A DNA stretch of 64,000 nt. Origin: Camelus ferus. Taxonomy: Eukaryota. Every line of letters begins with the position of its first letter. The stretch's first letter is position 1. Below the pieces are notes generated by a model. That model was not told the DNA's origin, ran no database searches, and saw nothing but the letters and a program-made list of their open reading frames with translations. The stretch spans positions 63,118,001 to 63,182,000 of the forward strand of contig NC_045697.1 in the NCBI RefSeq assembly GCF_009834535.1, given 5' to 3'. The position numbers and the translations under genes were made by a program. Shown here one piece after another: positions 1 through 14,088 of this stretch.

Positions 1-59
1 TGACTTTATAATATAGATTTATTTCTTACCCAGGCTACATGTTCATTGTGGAAAAGTGC

Positions 60-330
60 TGGAGTTCTGTTCAGTATCTCCACCTTCTATATCCAGCCTG
101 TTGAAGCAGCAACCATTGCAAACACTGCCTTTCACAGTGGTAAAAAGAGATCTTCATCCCTTTAATAAGTGTTTTCACCCATGAGTGAGAGACACTTCAT
201 TTCCTCTCACAAGCAGATCTAATCACATGGCCCAAGCTAACCACAAAAGGGGCCACAAAGTGGTCTCTTCCTTGTGTCTGGATGGTGTAGACCCAGATAT
301 GTTTCATGGGCACTAATGACTCTCATATTC
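60..330 (-). mobile_element. Old MaLR LTR fragment (MLT1J/K-like)
   Basis: 'ctaatcacatggcccaagctaaccacaaaaggggccacaaagtggtc...' resembles the MLT1 segment 'tagtcacatggcc...ctaactgcaagggaggctgggaaatgtagtc'; boundaries approximate. Confidence 0.55.
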
Positions 331-1083
331 CCAGATGGTTTATTCTATCTCTGTTCTTTTAATTAACTGAGATTTCCTGCTTACCTTCTCTCTCCCTTTT
401 GTCTGTGGTCATTTAATGAGCCCTAACTCTGTGCCTCACACTGAGCTGGTCATTGTGGTTGAGAAAGATGAAGGCATCTTTGAAATCGAAGGATTCATTC
501 ACAACCACAAGTTTTGTCCTTTGAGATGTGCTCTCTTCCTAACTTAAAGGCTTTGACAGGTATATCTAAATTACTTTCCTTGACTCCATGTCTGGAAATC
601 CTACCAATTTTGGAAATGTTTGCTTTTATTACAGTAAAAAGCTGGTTTGGAAAGTTTGCTAGCTTTATATTACTCAGCAAATACATCCACAAAGTTGCCC
701 CAAACTGCCTGTGCTAAGTGATTCTGACAGCATTCACTTATGGCCACTTTGACTGTGACACAGCATAATCCCTCTCATTTGCAGCTTGGTGTCCTGCTGC
801 CTTTGTGTAGAAGCTGTGAGTGGCATAGTAAAAACAAGAGCTAGATTTCTTTGCTGGAAGAACAGACCAGACTCATATTTGAGAAAAAAGGAGTTACTTG
901 CAGATGGTTAGCATCTCATATCATATTTTTATTCTTTGATATGTTGAAGTCCGGGACTTAGATATTACTGACAATAGTTGATTAATCTAATTCTAGTTAA
1001 GCCCTGTGTTAAATAGCCAAGCACTTAAACATGCATTCTCTTTTCTTCTGGGGCCTCTGTTTCCTCCTTTGTTACCATTTCCT

Positions 1084-1220
1084 TTATTCATTCATCCATT
1101 CATTCAGTTTCTTTCAATAAATATTTATTGAGAACCTACTCTAAAGATGCAAAAAATGAAAGAAGCAGCCCTTGAGGATTTTAGGGCTGCAGATTGAGAG
1201 ACATTAACCTAATCTTGTCA
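1084..1220 (-). mobile_element. L2 3' end fragment
   Basis: 'ttattcattcatccattcattc...aataaatatttattgagaacctact' is the reverse complement of the typical L2 3' terminus. Confidence 0.65.
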
Positions 1221-1394
1221 ATACACCAGATTTAACCATTTTGACCATCCTAAAATTCAGATTGGGTGGGGCATGCTTGATTTGAATTGTGACTGTTGAT
1301 ATTAAAAGTTAAAAGGATTAAAAAAGGGCACATGGACTCCTGTGTCTCTAATTTTTATATACTTTATCTCACATGCTCAACTGACATTATTAAA

Positions 1395-1437
1395 TATGTA
1401 TACGTGTGTGTGTGTATATATATATATATGTATATAT
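1395..1437. repeat. (TG)n/(TA)n microsatellite
   Basis: Directly visible alternating purine-pyrimidine run. Confidence 0.85.
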
Positions 1438-3049
1438 TATCTCCCAGTGTCTTTGGCTAATTTCTAACATTGAGGCCCAGATACTAGTCCTGTGCACAGA
1501 CTGTTAACAGGCATTGGGACAGTAAAGAAGAAAGTACCAAATTAATGTTTGAAGATTTAGTTTCAAAACATCTCACCTCTACCATCTACTGGGCAAAAGA
1601 GCTCTCCTGGCCTTGTTTGGTATATACACTTTCACATTTCCATTTTGTGACATGAAAGTTGTTCAAGCTCAAAATTAAGAACAAAGGAAAGATGATGAGG
1701 AGACAATCTGATTCAAGAAAACCTTCCTCTTAATCCTGAAATTGGAAATGAGACTTTCAAATATGTAAAAATGCCGGTGGCTTTTTGAGGGTTAAAATAA
1801 TGATCTCAGCTTTTGGTGTAACTTATGGTGAATGGAATTAGAGCTAATATCATTGCATGTCACAGGGACATTTAATGAGAAAAGGAAGTCTTTAGTATAT
1901 TTAAGGAAATGGAGGCATAGAAATCGTTCCTCTCAATCCTTATAAATTTTAAGAAGGAAAATCACAAGTATCCCTCATTAAACATGCAATTGCATTTGTT
2001 GGTAAGTAGAATCTTAATTTTAGATTAATAGCCCTAATCTATAAAGCCTTTATTGATTTTTCTCGTTATTGATGATACTTTTTCTATCAACATCCTTCAA
2101 GTTATATCATGTATATGGCACCCACCACTTAGTTATTTGAATATGCCTCATTTTACCTATTAGACTTCATTCAGTATTTTAAATGGAAGAAATTTTGTAC
2201 AAGTTAGCATTTCTTGTAGCACTTAGTATAGGCCCGGGTGCACAAGAAATATGGGTAAATTAAAGGTAAAGTTACTAATTACGTTGTGATATATGTTTAT
2301 ATAGATACAAATTAAACTGTTTAGTATGGTGTTTAAACTGTTTAGTGTGGTGTGCGTTGGCACTCTTTTTGACATTTTAACTTATTACACAGATATACAG
2401 TTGTTTTTGTAATGCATTGTCTGATAAAACTCTGGTTTTTGATAAAACTCTGGTTTTTGATGCTAAGTACTTGATCAAGAAGGCCATGCCAGTTATGACA
2501 CTGTTCCAGTAGAAACATCATTCATTTTAGGATAAGTGATCTTATGGAATGGTTTCCAGGAATACATCACTACAGTAGTTATGGACTGGCCATACAAAGA
2601 GGACAGGAAATAGTCAATTGTTTTTGATATTATTGGTGAACCCATTAAAAATACAAGTTCTAAGTCAAATATGTCTATAAGGTGGTATTTTAAAATTCCC
2701 TGTGTATTTTATCTACCCCAACTTCATTTCTTATAAACCTGAAGATTTAGATTGAGAATTTCCTTTAAAAAAGAAGGATTAGATAAAATATTCCATTTTT
2801 TTTTCTTTCTCACTTTTGGGATGAATCATTTTTATTTAGAAGCTGTCACAATTTGTATGTTTGGTGCACAATGCTATGAATAGCTTATTCATGGAGCTAA
2901 TTCATTTCATCTTAAATGACTTTAAGATGAGTTCAAATAAATAAGTAAAGTTGCAGTTCTTAATTATTATCTTTTTTCTTCATGCAGTTCACATGAGAAT
3001 ATGTAGAGGACCTATGTTTGCCCTCTGTGATTGCATTTTTAAAATCTAA

Positions 3050-3393
3050 ATATCTTAGTTTGTTCAGGTGGCTTTAACAAACTGTCTTAGACTAGGTAAC
3101 TTATAAATGACAGAAATTTATTTCTGACAGTTCTGGGCTGGAAAGTCCAAGATCAAGGTGGCAACAGGGTTCCTGATTCATAACCAGCACCTTCTCACTG
3201 TGTCTCACATGGTGGAAGGGGTTAGGAATCTCTTTGGAGCCTCTTTTATACAGGCACTAATTCCTTTCATGAGGGGTCCACTCTCATTCCTTAAATACCT
3301 CCCAAAGGCCCCCCTTCTAATACCATCATCTTGGGGACTAGAATTTTAATGTATGAAGTTTGGAGGAGAGGCATAAATGTTCAGACCATAGCA
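3050..3393 (-). mobile_element. MaLR solo LTR (MLT1A/MST-like)
   Basis: 'agaaatttatttctgacagttctgggctggaaagtccaagatcaaggtg' ... 'cccaaaggcccc...taataccatcatcttgggg...ttcagaccatagca'; ends in the reverse complement of the TGCTATGGTCTGAA LTR start. Confidence 0.85.
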
Positions 3394-4794
3394 ATAAGCA
3401 ATCACATTGTAACAGAAGCAATATTAGAATGTAGTAAAAGCTTCATTAAGAACAGTAGCTATTTCTATTTATTATTATTTATCAAGGAAATAATTAGGGA
3501 AAACAACAGTACAAGAAAATTAAAGATTTTTTTCTCTAACCACACCGTATCTAGGATACCTGTTAGATCATTTATATCCCTCTAAAATTAAGAAATTGGA
3601 AAACTGAAAGTTGTTTACCTTTTACTCTTGGGATTAGAATGCAAAAATGACAATTTTATTTTTAATTGGATCAGTTTATCTAATTTTTTTGTAAGATGAA
3701 AACTATTTTATGCCTTGTTTAGGAACCCCATGGGCTGACACAGCTTTTATAGCATGAGAGAGAATATTTATTGATTCAGAATCCATGACAAATCTCTGAC
3801 CATCTGAACAGCTGCACAGTCTGTAATACAGAGTTGACCTTGAGCAAAATACCTATCTTTTCTGAGAGAATAGTCATTGGAATTTGAAGTTTTTACATTA
3901 TTGTAGTTCTACAGTGAAGAAAAATGTATTCATCCTAGGGTTATTCTGTTATTTTGAAATTTGAATATAACACACTAAAATCATTTTAGTAAATTAAAAA
4001 AGCAAAACACATTTTAACTTCCGAAGTCAAGAAATATATTATTGTAGTAGAATTATATCTAATATTATGAATTATGGTTAGTTTATAAAGAAGATATAAA
4101 TTTTTTAATGTATTATTACTACCTTTCAAATAATTTTAAAGTTGAGACAAACATTTATAATTTTCTCACAAACCATAATATTTGCATTGTCAGGATAAGA
4201 AAGTGTGACTTACGCATGAATCATGTGTGTACATTTCACACTTTTCCTATGTGATGATATTTTTGTTTAGTCATTCCTAATTTAGAGTAGCTGTCACTCT
4301 GTCACTTTATAATTTAGTTCAACTATCATTTTACTTTAGTGCTAAAAGTTTGCTTTGAAATTCCTCCTTTGTTTGTGTCTTCTGTTGCTCTTAGCTTGTT
4401 ACATCCAACCAGATACAACCTAAGTACCTTTTTTTCATTCCTTCTCTTAGGCTCTTTATTGTACACACTTGTCATTACCTTATACAATTATGATTTTAAT
4501 GCTTGACTAGTTGTCTTCAGCACTGCAATGATTAGTGTATGTGTCAATGAGAAACACATTTTTTTTTTTTTTTTTGTCTAGAGACACTCACATGAATCAG
4601 AGCTTTCATCAGGTGTCAAAGAGGGACAAAGGAATCAGGGAAGAGATCTGTAATAGCTTCCCAGGCCCTCAGCTCCTCTCTTTCTGCATCTGATGGGCAC
4701 TGGCCCAGACTCTTGGATGAAGTTGGGACTGTAGGATGTGTATAGTCACCTCACTGATACAGAAGGAGCCATCTCAGTACAGAACAGCTCATTA

Positions 4795-4886
4795 TTTTTT
4801 TTCTTTTTAATTATAGTCACCATGCTATACCCTACATTCCCCAAACTTATTTATCTTACAACTAGAAGCTTTTCCCTTTTGACCAC
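4795..4886 (-). mobile_element. Short L1 3' UTR fragment (L1MA-like)
   Basis: 'tatagtcaccatgctatac...cttatttatcttacaactagaagcttttcccttttgacca' is similar to the L1 3' UTR at 40820-40890. Confidence 0.65.
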
Positions 4887-5279
4887 ATGAATCAGCTAGA
4901 TATTTTACTCAGATAGTTACACAGCATACGTGGACATTTTTCAGAGAGCCATATCCCATAAAACTATATTCTAGCTTCATTTTTCATAAGCAGTCCTAGA
5001 TAATTAGTCACATTATGCTAAAAGCAGTCTCTAGATAAACCCCTCTACTAGTAAAAACCATTTAGTTTGCAGTTTGTTTCCTAGGAGGTCTGTCATTAGT
5101 ATGTTTACAAGGAGATTACACCAGTTCCCTGCCTTCTTACTTTTCCAGGAAGCAAACTCCATTCCTCCTTGTCTCAGGGAAAATGAATTGCAGACCAATT
5201 GCTTATCTCGGGCACTGCATATTAACTTCAAACACCTTCCTCAGACTATCTGTCCTGTTCTTGCTCCCCACTCCTAGTC

Positions 5280-6110
5280 TTTTACCCACCAGTCCTTCAT
5301 TTACTGTGATCTTAGAGATGCCTCCTCCATTCCTTCAAAGCAATTGCTTCTACTAGTCTACTTGATTTCAACTCCGCATCTCCTTTAAAACAGTGATTAT
5401 GAATATGTTTCTTCTGTTTTTTTCCTCCAGTTTCTTCTGTATCTCTTCATTGCTCTCAGTTTACAACACTGCCAAGTTTTCCATCTTGGAGGAAAATAAC
5501 AAAAAATAAAAATTTTCTCTATCCTTCCTGCTCCTGAAGTTCTCTATTCGTTCTCTCTTTTCCTCTACAAGGCAAACAGGTCTGAACAAATAGCCTTATC
5601 TTGACAAATTCATTTTCTCACTGCCTGCAAACTCCTCAGTTTCATGTTTTTAGCTCTCATGTGCTTTCTCAACACCGACACTATTGACATTTTGTCTTAG
5701 ATCTTTGTTGGGGGACCAGGGGACTGTCTTGTGCATTGTTAAATGTTTAATAGCATTCCTGACCCCTACCCATAAAATGCCAGTAGAACTTTCAAGTTGT
5801 GACAACTAAAAATATCTCTAGACATTGCAAAATATGCCTTGGTAGGCAAAAATCTCCCTAGTTGAGAACTACTCTAAAGTCATCAGTGATTTGCCAGTTT
5901 TTATATTTTTTCAATCTTCATTTTTTTTAAACTTACCTTCCGTGTCTAACACTGCTGAGAACTCTATTTGTATACTTACCACTTCTCCTTTTTGCAGGGC
6001 CTAATCTCCTCTGGTTCTTCTTTTCTCCTTCCAGACTCCTTTGAACACTGCTTCTTCATACCCACACTTTAAACAGCTATTACTTGGCATTGGTCTTTGA
6101 CCTGTCTTTT
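5280..6110 (+). mobile_element. L2 fragment interrupted by MER20
   Basis: Pyrimidine-rich sequence colinear with the L2 ORF2 core ('aaagtcatcagtgatttgcc', 'tctaacactgctgagaactc', 'ctcctctggttcttc'). Confidence 0.55.
5659..5873 (-). mobile_element. MER20 (hAT-Charlie non-autonomous DNA transposon)
   Basis: Near full-length match: 'tttctcaac...actattgacattttg...ctgtcttgtgcattg...aagttgtgacaactaaaaatatctctagacattgc...gttgagaactact'. Confidence 0.9.
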
Positions 6111-7294
6111 TTTTAAAAACCTGTTTCATCTGAAAACTTAAGATGTAGGTGAAATCAAGTGTGGATTCTAAATGAAAAAGCTGGGACTCTAATATACCGG
6201 AAATCTAACAAAGCCAATAAGGCATTGAAAAACACAGTATATTAGATTTATAAAGACAGAATGAAGGCTTGTGAAAGAGCTATTTGCATAAGGAAAGTAG
6301 CTGAAAATCCAAGGACTGAAACTATGGAATGGATCTGAAAAAATATGCAGTGAATTGACTTTTGCCCTAATTTTTTATGGCTTGTCTCCCTCCCTCCTTC
6401 CCCCAACCCCTGTCTATCCCATCTATATTACTATTCTATTTTTGTTTTTATACACATATATTTCTTTTTAAGGTACTCAAATAATTCTCAATACTCCCCT
6501 TCTATTTCTAAAGTCATGTTGGAGAAGCGGCAATTATATCACTTAAACTGGGATCTCCCTACTAGAGTCTGTAATACATTGTAATATTGAGTCTACCGTC
6601 ACTGCTATCACCCACAATTATGCTCTGTTTGTTTCATTTTCAAAGTGGCAGTAGCTTAAGTTGAGCAAGAGACGGATAGTGGCAAAAGTTGTGGGCCTTG
6701 TGGAAGCAGCATGTATTTGACCTTCAGGATGCATGGTGACTACTGGGGAACCACACATAGCCCTTCTGTCCTACTCTGGCCTCTGCACTGCTGTTTCTTC
6801 TTTGTCTCCTTCAGAGTTTCCTGCGGCTTGTGCCTCAGGCTGGCTGGGGTCCAAAACGAACTTGTGGTGTGCAGTTTATGCACTCAAGGGGGAGGGGGAG
6901 TTTTCAGCACAACTTCGGAAAGGAAGAAAATCTACAAAATATCTTTAGTTCCTAAATATACAAGAAATATATATAATTTAATAAAAATTTAGTAATAAAT
7001 TCTTAAACAGCTTTATAATTTTTCATACTTTATTACACTTCTTTTCTTTTTTCCGTGAGCCTTTAATGCCTTCTAGTATTTGATACCTTTTAAGAATATA
7101 CTTTTTATTTTCTCTCTGAAACTTGGCGGGAATAAAAGCACATTGCTAAAAAAACCAAAGGCAAACCATTTCTCCTAACACACAAATATGACCAAAAGAG
7201 AAAAATTTACAAAATAAGAATTTTTTTATGTCAATGAAGCATGACTTTAATTTTTTAAAGTAAGCAAGTCTGGTGTGATGCAAGAGCAGGTGAT

Positions 7295-7400
7295 TTGGCA
7301 AAGGACACCACAGTCCGGTCGCTTTCACTTAGTAATTCTACCCACCTCGTAGAGCTGTTGTAAGCATCAATTCCTGTATTTTATGTGAAAAGTTTTTATA
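7295..7400 (+). mobile_element. MIR fragment
   Basis: 'taattctacccacctcgtagagctgttgtaagcatcaa...tatgtgaaaag' resembles the MIR 3' core. Confidence 0.5.
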
Positions 7401-9655
7401 AATTTTAAAGTGCCATATTGATGAAAATGATGCTTACATTTATTAATAACATGGTTCAAAGACAGAAACTGAAATAAAATTGCATTGACTTTTAGGTAGG
7501 CATTTAGAAAGGGAAACATTTTAAGAGCCAAACTCACATTTAAATATATCTTATCATGATAGTAAGTTGAGTTGGCTCCTTTAAGCAACAATAAAAACAG
7601 TCCTTAAAATATTCAAGTTATTTATGTATTAATGCTTTATAAGGGTTGTTTATGTTTTGGAAACTCTTAAATTTTTCAAAATCAATTTATATCACTTAGA
7701 AAAAAATAATTGAGAAGTACACTAAAGATTTGCATATTTTACTATGTTTATGTTACACTTTAATTAGAACATTTACTAGACCTAGTTATTTCGTGATTAG
7801 GAAATTAGGAAAAAAGTTTGTGCCCTAAGACAGGTGACTTGGCTATTTACAAAGAAATTTAATTTGCATCCTTGGTTTTCTTAAATAAAAGACAATTTTA
7901 ACCATTGTGGAAATTCATGTGGACATTTATGTAACTTATTACATAATAACTTGTATGCTCTGTTAAATTGTAAGTTAATGCTGTCCAAAACAGTAATAGG
8001 TAATGATTTCAAAGACAAAAAAAAAAAAAAAAAAGCTGAAGAAAATAGTGAATTACAGAGTGTCTTATTTATTTCATTTTAAAAATAAATTTTGAACTAT
8101 GGTACTAGTCTGTCGTGGAATGTTTAAGATCTCTAAACATTTGTGAGAGAAACTTTTATTATACACTCAAGTTTTTGCTTTTGTCTCTTCTTTCTTCATT
8201 CTATTGAAAGGATACATCTAACAGTAGGGTATTCAGCTTGAATATTTGAACTACATGAATTTGAACGGGGAGGGGAGTTACCAGCTGTCATATAATTCAT
8301 ATGATGTATTAGGTGCTGGTTGGGATGAGACAGTATATCTCAGCATGCTGTTGCCTTCAGTAGATTTATGTTCCAAAGAACTGTGGATACATTAATACAA
8401 ATAGTGATTTCGAATGAAAAGAAGATCAGCCACCTAGCTATGGTTCATGAATCACAGTGATTCTCTCTCTTCTATTTTTTAATACTAATAATAAAAGTAC
8501 ATAGAAACTATCACTGAGATGAGTGGGTGTCAGAGTACATTGATCCTAAAGATTTAACTTGACCCAGCAGTCTACTGGAAGTTGCTATAGCTGAGAAAAA
8601 AGAACTAAGGAGAGATGCTGAGCTTACATTTAGAATGAGAGAAAGGAACTATTAATGCGTGCTCTGCTCCAATAGCATTCATCTCTCTAGGAAGTCCTGC
8701 ATAACAAAAGAGAGTTGGGACACTATTAAGTTTTATAAAGTGATACTATGATTCCTTAAAGGGAATTTACTGTTAGGCAGCTGGGAGCCTGTAAGGTCTG
8801 TTGACTAAAGACATTCAAAGATAGCCACTGTTGTTCAGTATACAGTTTTGTTGTGTGTGGTTTTTTTTTTTTTTTTTATTCAGGGCAGTGGGGTTGAACT
8901 TAAAAGATGCTAACATCTTTAACATTTCTTGATTCTCTTGTTGTTCTAAGTAGACCATTAGATAATTTTAAGGAAATCAGAACAATTGACCCATACGAAT
9001 GATTTCTACAGAAATTGTTTTTTGCTCTATTAAAACAACATAAAATGATTTTCTGATTTTGACATAATGACTTTGCTAAAAATTCCTATATTCATTTAAA
9101 AATAAGAATCATTTTACCATAAAATAGCAAATTATCCTGATTCAATAAGCAAGCCTATTTTACTAAAGCAATAGATAAAAGCTTCATTAAAAATACTTTT
9201 TTAAAAACTGAAATAGGATTGCACTAATAAAATCACAGTAGAATTGCTAAGGGTAGAGCAGAAGCCCAAATTGAAGAAAAATCCAAAAAATGTTTCTATT
9301 ATATGAACTTAATGGGCAAGGAAATTGAATCTTTCTTTTGAACCCAGTGCTAGCTGTGTGCCCAGGGCAAGTGTTAGGCACTGCTGAAGGGGATGGTGAC
9401 CAGGAAGAGGAGGTCTCTTTACTCACGAAACCTGAGTATGATGTTAAAAACGGAAGTCTTGCTTTTAAAAAAATCTAGGTTTCCTGTGAAGATCATGGAA
9501 TTTTTACATTCTAAAAAGACAAGTTCTTTACTTGCAAGGGCAACTAACTAGAATAGGTAGGAAATTACTGGTTCTGGAATCTGAGTATTCCAGATTGAAG
9601 TAATGTGCCAAACAGTGAGCAGCCTAATAACAAATCTAAAAAGTGAAGGGGTGTA

Positions 9656-9975
9656 CAGTCGACCCTTCATATTCATGGGGGTTCCACATTCACAGATTGA
9701 ACCAACAGCGGATTGAAAATATTAAAAAAAAATCCAAGAGGTTCCAAAAAGCAAGACTTAAATTTCCTGGGCACTAACAACTATTTATTTAGCATTTAAA
9801 TTACATTAAATATTATAAATTATCTAGAGATGATTTGAACTATACAGGAGGTTGTGCATAGGTTAGACGCAGATACTTTGCTGTTTTCTATAAGGGACTT
9901 GAGCATCTGTAGATTTTGGTATCCAACAGGAGGTGGTCCAGGAACCAATCTCCTGCAGACACTGAGGGAGAATTT
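9656..9975 (+). mobile_element. MER2/MER2B-like (TcMar-Tigger non-autonomous)
   Basis: TA|CAGTCGACCCTTCATATTC left end; diagnostic 'ttccaaaaagcaagacttaaattt' and 'tataagggacttgagcatc...gattttggtatcc...ggaaccaatc'; degenerate right TIR followed by TA. Confidence 0.85.
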
Positions 9976-10524
9976 TAATTAGCTTCTGATTATTGGTGAT
10001 GCAGTACAAAGATTTAAGATGAATTGGAATTATTTCTTAAGTGAAGAACATTGTGGACTGTCTACCTTGAGCAGAAATGCAACTAGGCATTGTGTGTCTG
10101 AAGAAATGTAAAACAATTTTTGTTTGTTTGTTTTACTTTATAAGGTTATATCATATCTTTGTTCAGATAATCTCTTTCCATGAACTTCCATATCCACAAA
10201 ACAGAGCTTGTAGGAAGTAGAGCTCAGATGAGTAAGTGAGCTGTCTTCCTCTCTGTCTTTTCTTCTTTCCTTCTATCCCTTTTTTCCTAACTCTTCTTAA
10301 CTTCAATGCCCTTCTCAAAAATAAAAAAACAAAACATGACTCAAAATAACAAAATTTAGATGGGTATCAATAGTAGCAGATTCAAGAGAGCAGCTAAACT
10401 AGGTATTGCTTCTTTTGCTGTTCCCTCATGTGATTGTTCTACTTAAAAAAAATAACCAGCTTTACTTTGGGACTATACAGCACCAACATCACCTTGGTTA
10501 CAGCATGTCTCTTTAATTTTACTA

Positions 10525-11615
10525 AATATGTTTTTATTTTATAATAGTTTCATATTTACAGGAAAGTTAGAAGAATTGTACCAGAAACTCCCTTATATCC
10601 TTTACATACATTCACCAATCATTTTTACCATATTCTTCTCCCTCTCTCTCTTTCTCTCTGTAGTACATAGATACATATGTTATTTATATTATCTTCCTGA
10701 AGTGTGTGAGAGTTAGTCATACAGGTCATTTATTCCTAAATACATCTGCATGTATTTTCTAAGAACAAGGATATTGTTTTACATCACAATGTAAGTATGA
10801 AAATCAGGAAATTTAACCTTGACACAGTATCGTATTTGACATGAATCTATATTCAGTTTTTTTCTAGTTGTTTCATTTTTTTTTTTTTCAGTTCAGGCTT
10901 CAGTCCAGAATCATGTGTTATGTTTAGCTGTCGTGTATCGTTAGCCTCTCTTAATCTAGACTAGTTCCTCACTATTCTTTATCTCACATGGTGTTATAAC
11001 AGTTGTTTTGTAGAATTCAAATTCAGTTCATGTTTGTCTGGTATTTCACTATTGCATTCAGCTTATGCAATTTGGGGGAGGAAAACCATATGTGTGACAT
11101 TTGTGTTCTTAGTGGCTCAGATCAGGAAGTATTTGATGTCAGTTTGTATCATTACCGATGATGTTACTTTTGATCACTTGGTAAAGGTGGTGTTTACTAG
11201 GTTTCACCACTGTGAAGTTATTTGTTCCCTTGTTAATAAGTAATCTCTGGAGAGATACTCTGAAGCTATGTAGCTGTTTTCCATTTACCCAGAAGTTTTA
11301 GTATCCATTGATGGCTCTGCCCCAAATTATTTTTTTCCCCTAATACTTGCACAATAGTGATTTTACAAGTGTCTCATCCCTTCCATATTTATTAGTTGGC
11401 ATTCTACTATAGGAAAGTCTTTTCCCTTTTCCTCTGTTCAGGTAAGTATGCATGTTTGCACATGTGTATATGTATGTATGATTTATCAACAGAATCATGG
11501 GCTCCTATTTTATTCAGTAGATTATAATCTATTATTATTATTAATTTTCGATGCTAAAATTATTCCAGATTTTATCTGCCAGAACTCCCTCAAGGTGGCT
11601 CTTGAATTTTCTTCA
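10525..11615 (-). mobile_element. Old L1 3' UTR (L1MC4/L1MC5-like)
   Basis: 'tatttacaggaaagttagaagaattgtac', 'ttttctaagaacaaggatatt', 'gatgttacttttgatcacttggtaaaggtggtg' are typical L1MC 3' UTR segments. Confidence 0.75.
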
Positions 11616-14038
11616 AAGATGCAACTAATGAATGTTTAATTTTGAATAGGCCGAAGCTGAGTGATAGATTGATACTGGAAGGCTGAGTAAAGCCACCCTT
11701 TAGCAAATACTCTGAGAATGTGTCTGACAGAGCATCCAGCTCTGAGACTGGAAATATTTTACTTAACAGTTTTATACTCTATATTTGTGTGATGAAGTTC
11801 AGATTATCTGCCCATCCCCCAGTATTTTTGAGGGAAACTAATTGATGATAAGTGGTTTACTGTTAAACTCTGTACTGAAATATGTATTAAATTTTATTTG
11901 GAGTTGAGTTGCCCTTTTGCAGTGAACATATAAATACATAGACAGATAGATAAAATTTAATTTCAAATAAGTTTATGTACCATTTTATTCATTTATTCAA
12001 TTAACAATTTATTAATTGTCATTTATGTACTAGATTGTGTGTTAAGTCCTGGTGATTCAATAAAATTAAATAGTGGGGGAACCAATAAAAATAAAAGATT
12101 GTTCAAAAAATATTTGAGGAACATGTTATTTATAAAAAGCTTAATAAAGAAATACTACAATAAGTCTGTTAGTTTGGTTACAAAACTGATGAATGTCTTC
12201 CAGGGCAATAAACCATAGTATTTGGAATGATCTTTTCTACCAGGCTGAAAACATTTGTATCTCTATTGGACACACTCTACAAGTTAACATGTAACTTCAC
12301 AGAGTTTGAGCCCTTAATCAATAGAAATAAGCAAAATCAAAAGCAGAGCAATTGCCTTGAAAATTAAATGATCCTTCAGGATGACAATGACAAGAGCACA
12401 GTCATCCTCTTGGCCTTATACTGAATATTTGGAAATTTTTCTCAACGTTGTTCTCTCTGATCCCTTAATAATATTTTCCAAAGATTATCCTAATGTCATT
12501 ATTATAAACTATATGATAAATATATATAACTATATACTTATATATAATTAATATATTTATAAGATTATTATTGATCTCAGAAAAAAAGCTGATTCTGTTT
12601 TCTATTATGTACTACTTATTTACATTTGTATTAGTTAGTAATAATTAATTGTGTGTGCCTCTTTGAGTTTAAAGTACTGAGAAACTACTGTCTGGAAATG
12701 TCATTAAGAAACATAGGAATAAATCTTAAAAGCTCCAACACTTGCTCTTCAGTCTTGAGGCTAGGAAACTAAACCTGCCCTCCATGAGATTAACTTACAG
12801 AACCTATAAATTTGGTGAATTTTTTTCTTCCAAGGTCTCCAAAATTTGGTAAAATCCCTGTCCTTCCAGGAAGTAACTGTATTTAAAAGGATGGTTCTTT
12901 CTGCAAGATTCTGAGATCATATTTTTTAAGGACACCCTCTTTCTGGTTTATGCATATCTAGATCTCTAAGACTTGTTCTCCTTTTCAGTGGACACAAAAA
13001 TTTTAGTAATTCAAATTCTCAAATAGTCAAAAGGCAAGACAACAATAACACAATAATAAATCTGATAATAAATCATATTCTCTGTTGTATCTCATCTGAT
13101 TGAAACTAGGTCTTCATTATCAACCCAATAGAGACCATCAAAAGATCAGACCGTTAAATTAGATACCCCATAGACAGGGGGGATTATTGGTCACGTAAAA
13201 TCATACTCATCTGGAAACTTTTTTTGGCCGTGTGGTTGAGGCTGGCTTAGGTCCACTGTACACTAGATTATCCCCTAACTGAGAAAAGAAACACAGCTGA
13301 AGCCATAGGGTGCTTTCTTAAGTATATATTTGTAACTGGCTTAGTGGTTTGAGACTAGACACAAATTCAAGTCTTGAGGCTTCGTTGTGGAAAGGAACAC
13401 GACCCTAACCAAAAGTTTGACAAGAAACAGAATTACAATTTGTCAGAAGCAAAAACGAACAAAGGTATGCAAAATCAGAAGAAAGAAAAAGCACAGAAAA
13501 GCAGAAAGTCAGCAAAAGTAAAAAGTTATTAACACTTGAAAGTCTCTTCGGGAGCCAAGAAGGAACATACCTGGACTTAAATAGACTATAAAGTAGTCTG
13601 GCAATGTAGTTTAATTGCCTCTGGCATGTGAGTCCACTTGGATGTCTCAGTGAGTCCTCCAAAACTATCAATGTACAATTTTCAAAAGCTTAAAATATGA
13701 CTTTATACAAATATGATTGGACAAGAATCAAAGATATACTCAATTCACTAAGAGAACCTACATAATAGTAATTTGGTTCAAGAGCATTTGAGGAACAAGG
13801 GATTTATAACAATTTAATAAAATAATGTTAGAATAACATTGCAAAATTGGATACAGAACCAGTTAATGTCCCACAGGTCAGTAATCCATTACCAGACAAA
13901 AGCATTTATATCTCAGTTGGATACAGATCTACAGATTACCATGCAGCTTTGCTGAATCAGAGCCCTTAATTAATAGTAAATATCAAAATCAAGCAATGGT
14001 ATAATTTACAAAATTCATTAACTCTTGGGAGAGCATTT

Positions 14039-14088
14039 ATTTTAACATTTTTTTATTGAGTTATAGTCATTTTATAATGTTGTGTCAA
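14039..14088 (-). mobile_element. 50-bp 5'-truncated young L1 3' tip with 22-bp direct repeat
   Basis: Matches the 3' tip of the L1 at about 56493-56545; flanked by identical attaactcttgggagagcattt at 14017-14038 and 14089-14110. Confidence 0.9.

Noticed and set aside
2907..2930. Perfect 10-bp hairpin tcatcttaaa-tgac-tttaagatga
   Set aside because: About one such stem is expected by chance in 64 kb of AT-rich DNA, and it is too short for a pre-miRNA.
6790..6950. Acceptor-like 'tttcttctttgtctccttcag' with overlapping ORFs 6711-6992
   Set aside because: No good donor downstream and no recognisable protein similarity.
13381..13600. Lys/Glu-rich open frames
   Set aside because: Explained by A-rich composition; no start or splice context.
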